Assembly (NCBI GenBank): GCA_004764695.1
Contig: SMSO01000034.1
Span: 1,550,001-1,614,000 of the forward strand
Direction: 5' to 3'
Length of the DNA stretch: 64,000 nt
Origin: Schizochytrium sp. TIO01
Taxonomy: Eukaryota > Protista > Bigyra: Labyrinthulomycetes
Numbering within the stretch: the stretch's first letter is position 1; every line of letters begins with the position of its first letter. Below, one piece after another: positions 58,158 to 64,000 of the stretch. The position numbers were made by a program, and so were the translations under genes. The notes beneath the pieces were generated by a model, which was not told the origin of the DNA, searched no databases, and saw only the letters and a list, made by a program, of their open reading frames with translations.

Positions 58158-60149
58158 ATGGTACATGTCGTAGACGGCGAGGTGAGACCTGGCCACTTTC
58201 CGAGAAACTCTGACGCGTATGAAAGGCGCCGAGCAGCTTACGGTATTGAGAGCTTCCCTGGGGAACACAAAGCAGTACCTGACAATCGCTTTCATCTTAT
58301 CGTAAGTGCTGCTTGTCCCTGGGCTCATCGCACGCTACTTCTCCGGGAGCTAAAGGACCTGCGTAAGATTTCTGTGTCCATTGTCTCCCCACTGCTCAAT
58401 GACGAGGTTGGTTGGCGATTTGCCAATCAGGAAGATGTAGATAGGTACAAAGATAGCTCAGTAGCCCCAACGCAGGATAATGCGTCTGGGGAAAAGTTTA
58501 CATACTTGTATGAGCTTTATTTAAAGAATGATAGCTCGTATACTGGCAATGTTACAACACCCGTCCTTTACGACAGCGTTGATCATAAGATAATAAGCAA
58601 TGAGTCTTGGGACATTATTCGCTACTTGGACCAAGCTTTTGATGCTGGGCCAAAGGCCAAAATCTCCTATGAACTCTACCCAAAATCTCAACAAGAAGCA
58701 ATCGATGCAGAATGCAAGTGGATCCAAGATGAGCTCAACAATGGTGTGTACAAGTGTGGACTTGCCAAGTCCCAAAAAGCTTATGAAGAAGCACTTGATG
58801 GTGTATTCCGATGTCTTGACAGGCTTGAGATCCAACTGAGCGCACATCGTTATCTTGTGGAACAAAATCTCAAGCTTACGCTTGCAGACATACAACTTTT
58901 ACCAAGTCTACTGCGATTCGATGATGTATATCACATTCTATTTAAGTGTGCAAAGCGCCGCCTCGTTTCGTACCGCCATCTCTCTGACTATGCTCGTGAC
59001 TTGTATCAGATTGAAGGTGTGAAAGAGACAACAGACTTCCAGCAAAACAAGGATCACTACTTTACCCATTTCACCTCAGCTAACCCGAACCAAGTTATCC
59101 CTTTGGGTTCATCTGCAAAGACTTTCAAGCGTCCACATGACCGTGATCGTTTTGGATCCAAAGTTGAGGAAACTGTTGACAAATCCAAAGCCGGGGAACA
59201 AACAAATAAAGAAGCGCGTCAGGCAAAAGGTGAATTTGTTCGTGGGGTCTCTGGTCATCGTCGCATTATCACTGATACCGGTGAAGGCAAAGGAGAACTA
59301 CCAGCTGAAAAGGATAGGTACCACTTGTATATTGCAAACAATTGTCCCTGGTGTCATCGAGTGATGCTTGCACGAGCAATTTTGGGCCTCGAAGATATCA
59401 TCTCCGTTGATGTTCTCTTCTACCGCCGAGACCCAGAGCGAGGTTGGCAGTTCCTCCCTGAGGAAAGCGAGTTGCGGGACATTGAAATTAAGCATCGCCA
59501 TGAACTTCTTGACGGAAAGGTTAGTACGATCGACTCTATCAATGGAAAGAAGTACGCACCTGAGATCTATCAAATGTATGACTCGAAAGAGCGCTCAGTT
59601 CCTATTCTCTTTGACCGAAAGGAGAACCAGATTGTCAACAATGAATCCGCAGAGATTGTTCGAATGTTCTCTCAAGGGTTTAGAAAATTTCATCGTGCAG
59701 GTGCCCCTGATCTTTATCCGGAGAGTCTTGCAACAGAAATTGATGCACTCAATAATTGGATCTATCCTGATATCAACAATGGTGCATATCGAGCCGGATT
59801 TAGCAGTGATCAAGCGACCTACGAGGATGCATTTCGAAAATACTTTGCGGCCTTTGATCGCCTTGAAACAATTCTTGCCCACAGCCGGTTTTTGACGGGC
59901 GATACGCCTACGGAGGCAGATGTGCGCTTGTTCCCAACTATTTTCCGTCATGACCCTGTTTACTACGCGCGAATGAAAGTCAACGATAGGATGGTCTTGG
60001 ATTGTCCACACTTGTCCCGCTGGTTACAAGACATGATCGAATTGCCAGGTGTCAAGGAGGCATCTAATCTTGATCACGCAATCTTTGGCTACTTCGGTCG
60101 CACTGGGAATGGGCTAATTCCACCTCGTCCGAATCCTCGTTGGTATTAG
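58158..60149 (+). CDS. Glutathionyl-hydroquinone reductase (Xi-class GST, YqjG/ECM4-like) with two tandem domains, 663 aa from the first ATG
   Basis: Domain 1: RFHLIVSAACPWAHR, GWRF, TTPVLYD, SNES, NNGVYKCG, ADIQL..L.RFD.VY. Domain 2: RYHLYIANNCPWCHR, GWQF, SVPILFD, NNES, NNGAYRAG, ADVRLFPTIFRHD.VY. Confidence 0.93.
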   Translation: MVHVVDGEVRPGHFPRNSDAYERRRAAYGIESFPGEHKAVPDNRFHLIVSAACPWAHRTLLLRELKDLRKISVSIVSPLLNDEVGWRFANQEDVDRYKDSSVAPTQDNASGEKFTYLYELYLKNDSSYTGNVTTPVLYDSVDHKIISNESWDIIRYLDQAFDAGPKAKISYELYPKSQQEAIDAECKWIQDELNNGVYKCGLAKSQKAYEEALDGVFRCLDRLEIQLSAHRYLVEQNLKLTLADIQLLPSLLRFDDVYHILFKCAKRRLVSYRHLSDYARDLYQIEGVKETTDFQQNKDHYFTHFTSANPNQVIPLGSSAKTFKRPHDRDRFGSKVEETVDKSKAGEQTNKEARQAKGEFVRGVSGHRRIITDTGEGKGELPAEKDRYHLYIANNCPWCHRVMLARAILGLEDIISVDVLFYRRDPERGWQFLPEESELRDIEIKHRHELLDGKVSTIDSINGKKYAPEIYQMYDSKERSVPILFDRKENQIVNNESAEIVRMFSQGFRKFHRAGAPDLYPESLATEIDALNNWIYPDINNGAYRAGFSSDQATYEDAFRKYFAAFDRLETILAHSRFLTGDTPTEADVRLFPTIFRHDPVYYARMKVNDRMVLDCPHLSRWLQDMIELPGVKEASNLDHAIFGYFGRTGNGLIPPRPNPRWY

Positions 60150-61719
60150 TTCTTAACATCATCATTGCTTTTTTCTACGTTATCTTATTTATTTCATACA
60201 CATCACTATTCGGTATCCACGAGACATAATTACATACTTATTTCGCTACTCGTTTCTTTGAAAAAGGATAATCCTGTGGCAATTGAACAATCTTGCTCTT
60301 CCTATTGTTTTCGATTACCTCAAGTTTGACACGTAACATTGTTCAAGATTGCGTGAATTACGCAGCCGTGCTTATCATTATATTGAAAACTAATACATAC
60401 TACCTATGTTCATCTAATGCAGCAATTAACACAAATTCCCAATGGTTATAATAGTGAAATTTTCCATAGCTCAAATATACTTGGAGCAAAAGACTGTCTA
60501 AATTCATGATTATGTCAGTACAGCAATGATAGAGATTCCACTTACGGTATCTTTAATGAGAGTTCTTCATGTGGTTAGCAATCTTCGGAAGCTCGCACTT
60601 TCTGTGTACGTTCATATACTTGACGGCTGAAAATTGTTGCCAATCTGAGTTAGATTTCTATATAAATTACCCTCACAAGAGTCACCGACAGCTTGTCAAG
60701 AGAGTAATGCTACAATAGAGCTCCTATCCACCTTCAATTTCTGGCACAATGTTGTACAACATCGATTTGTAGTGTGTATCATGCTGCATAAGTATCATGC
60801 CCTTCTTGAAAACATGAATATTCACCACTCACTAGAGGAGTATTTATGATAAAGAGGAATAGTGTCAAATTTAAAGACGATTTATCTGCACTAGACGTAT
60901 TAATTGACTAGTTTCACCAATGTAATGTGTTTGCTATGATAAATTAAAATGTAAAGGCCTTGTCGCACAGTCAAGAAAAGTTATTGTTCTGTTTCAAGGC
61001 TGACCTATAATGTGAAAAGAAAATATCAGAAGATTCTAGGAAAGTATCTAAAACAGGAAATTAATCACTTTCTGATAATACAACGCTTTGTTGCTGTATA
61101 AATCATCTTTTCGGACGTGCTGCGACATTCTCTAACTCGTTTATATACCCCTTCTATATCCAAATGTAATGCTATCCAGATACAAACCTACCCGTTCGAC
61201 CAATAAAATTCTAAGCTTTCCTATTAGACTAACTTTCCTTTGATACGCCGTGAAAAGAATATTTGAATTGGCATTTTGCTAACTCATACTCTTTACTCTA
61301 CTCGTGTCTGAGTGCCAGATACAAACGCTTTTGTGTTGCAGACGCGGCTATCTATACCTATACATACCGAGCTATAGCAATTAGTTTTTACCCGATCAGA
61401 TTTCAGCCATACCTCAACTTACCAAACCTACGAAGATCTGATTCTTTGGGCCCACAAGAGTTCGCTATCTTTCTCTTGGGTATTCATAAATCTGTCCCAG
61501 CAACCGTGTCTTTCAAAGGCAGTCATTTGCGACCTCTGTTATTAGGAAGAAGGAGGAAACTAATAGAAGTCATATACGGGCAATAAGAGTATTCTTCACC
61601 TAGTAAGTGCATTGCGAGGAGGAGCTTGGGCCAAAACCGTTTAACTCGGGCAAGTCAACGCCTGATTGGGCTCTACCAAAGGCAAGCCACGGAGCTTTGC
61701 GAGCTTCACGAGAGCGAAG

Positions 61720-64000
61720 ATGCCTGGAAGCAAGCTCCACAGACTTGCACAGGAGCGCCTCCGACGTCTTAACGCTGAAAATCGAGCGAGGCAACCAGAT
61801 TCGGAGGTACCGGCCAAGACGGAAAGTCGAGCTGTGAAGACGCCCTCAATAGTGCAGAATGTTTTAGAGAGCAAATCGAAAACTGACCCTGCAAAGGTTA
61901 TTTCCTCACGAGAGGAGCTGAAACGACGCTCCATCAAGCTTGGTGGCGCTGTGTTGTCGAGAGAGGAGCTTGCCGCACTGAAAAGAGCTGCAGTTGTGCG
62001 TGAACGGGAGAAGAGGCGCCAGCAGAGGCTACTTGAAGAGGCCCTCGAGCAAGAGCGACTTAAGGAGGCCCAGCAAGAAGCCATTCGACGAGAGAAGGTA
62101 CGGCAATGCAAATCGAATAATGAGTCCCAAGAACCTACAGAAAACCCGTCTAAATATAAATCACGAAAGCCCAGCGCCACGACCAATCTAGACGCTGCCA
62201 AAATCCAGTTTTACAAGGAAGAAGCAAAAGCTCGCGAAGCCAAACGTGAGCGACTTCGAAAGAAAGCAAACGCTTTGAAAACCCAAAATGCGAAAGAAGC
62301 ACACGGCGAGATGCTAAGTTATAAGGAAAAAGCAATTGCTTTAGAAAAGGAGAGATTAAGGCGTTTGGAGAAGGAGCGTCGACTTCGCAAACCCCAAACG
62401 GAGAGATTTTCAAGCCGAGAAGAGCTTGAGCGCGCCTTTGAAGATAAAACTGCATCAATGGGAGGAGTGATCGGCATTAATGAAGCGGAGAAGTTTATAG
62501 AAAGCAACTCACGTTATTCAGTTGCCCCATCGCTCAGAAAGCAGGGTGTAAAGGTAGTGTCATGGGTGACACTATCCGAACATTTACTGTCTCCTCGGGA
62601 AGGGCATCGTCGAGAAAATTCTACTCGAACAGAGACTAACGATCATATATCTAATGATCACGAGAATCTCCCTCTCCCCCCAAACCTTTCCAAACGCAGG
62701 TCTCAACAAGAGATTCGGAATGTACTGGCACTATGCGAAACATCATTTTGCGAGCTGGCTCGGCACAGCGGATTTCCTAATAGAGTGAGGCCTTCTGATT
62801 TGAACGCTTTGCACTCTACAGCAGAGTTTGACACTGTTCTTACGTTTCCGTCCTTGAGCAATGAGAAAGACGAGCCAATCTCCTGGAATACCTACAAAAC
62901 TTGGATCGTGGGTCAACTAACGTCTGGCCGTCCAGAAACAGCGGCGGCAGTGCAAGCTGTCCTCGTCAAGCGAGTCATTCGAACAGACTCAGCTATAACA
63001 GCTGCAGTGGAGAAGCCTCGCTTGGTAGCTGTCAAGTCACCTGAAGCAGTTACGGTTCCTGTACTAGATGATAACGACAGCGAGAGTTCTGCTAGCGAGG
63101 AGGATTCGGTAGAAACACCAGCAACCATACTAAATGCGGTTTTCGAGCCTTCTTCTTCAAGCGCAAAAGAAGTTCGTCATGATGGAGAGCTTAAAGTCCT
63201 CGACAAACATATTGACCGTCTCTCTGCGCGCCTTGCAAAAATCTCTAGCGGTGATTCTAAAGGTGATGCTATTGCTGATATCGAAGAAACCTCCGATTCT
63301 GCGTCCTCTTCAGCATCATCATCACCAGCTTCCTCCCCAAACCAGTCAGCACGATCTGCTTTTAAATTTGAAAAACAGTTGCCAATCGATAGACTTGAAA
63401 ATAACTTTGGAAAGGAAAAAACAGAGCAGCAGAAGGAATTTGCCCAAGATGATGTGGACAGTGATGAAAATGGTGAAAATGATGGTGTAAAAGGAATGGC
63501 ACAAGGAGGACATATGAAATGTCAAGATAAAGTTGTGTTTAGTGGACGTTGTTGGATGCTTTGCGAACGTAAACGCGAAGACTGGCTACATGCTGAGGTT
63601 GAATGGGAACGAAGCCGTGAAATTTGCGCAGAAGTCGAGGTCACTCAAGTAAATAACCCATTCCGTCTTTATCTTCGTGTACATCTATTACGAAGTGGGC
63701 TTGAATGTATGCGACGCATTGGTATTGACGAACTTGCTGCTCTTACTGCGCAGCATGCCCGACATGCAGAACAAGAGAGAGTGTCCCTTTCTCAGTCAGG
63801 TCACCACGTTCTCCTTAAAGGTCAGCGATGCCGCAGCCTTGGTCCTGACGAGTGGACCCACGCTGAGCTCGAGGCAGCCATCCGCGCAGAGGAGTCTATG
63901 CGGAGCTGGGTAAGAGAGGGTCGCATGCCAAAGAAAAATGATCTTGTTCGATGGGTTTTACTTCATTGCACTATCCGTATTAGTGGCGACGAGCTTGATC
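61720..64000 (+). CDS. Long uncharacterised ORF (MPGSKLHRLAQERLRRL...), at least 760 aa, truncated by the window end; absent from the ORF track
   Basis: ATG at 61720 after an upstream in-frame TAA. Hand translation found no stop in the stretches read, including the last line. Charged coiled-coil N-terminus, acidic linker, globular-looking distal part. Confidence 0.8.
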   Translation, partial: MPGSKLHRLAQERLRRLNAENRARQPDSEVPAKTESRAVKTPSIVQNVLESKSKTDPAKVISSREELKRRSIKLGGAVLSREELAALKRAAVVREREKRRQQRLLEEALEQERLKEAQQEAIRREKVRQCKSNNESQEPTENPSKYKSRKPSATTNLDAAKIQFYKEEAKAREAKRERLRKKANALKTQNAKEAHGEMLSYKEKAIALEKERLRRLEKERRLRKPQTERFSSREELERAFEDKTASMGGVIGINEAEKFIESNSRYSVAPSLRKQGVKVVSWVTLSEHLLSPREGHRRENSTRTETNDHISNDHENLPLPPNLSKRRSQQEIRNVLALCETSFCELARHSGFPNRVRPSDLNALHSTAEFDTVLTFPSLSNEKDEPISWNTYKTWIVGQLTSGRPETAAAVQAVLVKRVIRTDSAITAAVEKPRLVAVKSPEAVTVPVLDDNDSESSASEEDSVETPATILNAVFEPSSSSAKEVRHDGELKVLDKHIDRLSARLAKISSGDSKGDAIADIEETSDSASSSASSSPASSPNQSARSAFKFEKQLPIDRLENNFGKEKTEQQKEFAQDDVDSDENGENDGVKGMAQGGHMKCQDKVVFSGRCWMLCERKREDWLHAEVEWERSREICAEVEVTQVNNPFRLYLRVHLLRSGLECMRRIGIDELAALTAQHARHAEQERVSLSQSGHHVLLKGQRCRSLGPDEWTHAELEAAIRAEESMRSWVREGRMPKKNDLVRWVLLHCTIRISGDELD

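Overview
Eukaryotic, intron-poor nuclear DNA: GT-AG introns could be reconstructed in four genes, intergenic stretches are microsatellite-rich, and there is no sign of CRISPR, rRNA or an intact mobile element. Gene content and style (cilia/centriole genes, a DASH-like subunit) suggest a flagellated stramenopile such as a thraustochytrid; this is an inference. Recognisable genes, left to right: HSL-family lipase, JHY-like ciliary protein, probable Dad2, Rieske-cytochrome b5 reductase fusion, a 20-repeat stathmin-like protein, GST-like protein, YhhW-type pirin, alkaline ceramidase, CEP350-like protein, Yvh1/DUSP12-type zinc-domain protein, RPL5, an 898-aa unknown, mitochondrial HSP60, a double-domain glutathionyl-hydroquinone reductase and a long ORF running off the right end. 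The main finding is in the apparent gene desert at 21.9-32.4 kb: four co-oriented microprotein genes about 2 kb apart (40, 40, 54 and up to 86 aa; one is absent from the ORF track). They share the motif R-P-R-L-[DE]-T-x-x-x-L-P-[IM]-Y encoded by varying synonymous codons. Three also share an N-terminal P-[RK]-[VF]-V-R-[RQ] motif and an upstream 10-mer (AGCTAATTGC). The motifs resemble an AGC-kinase site next to a WW-binding PY motif, plus a PKI-like pseudosubstrate. All family assignments come from reading motifs by eye, not from database searches.
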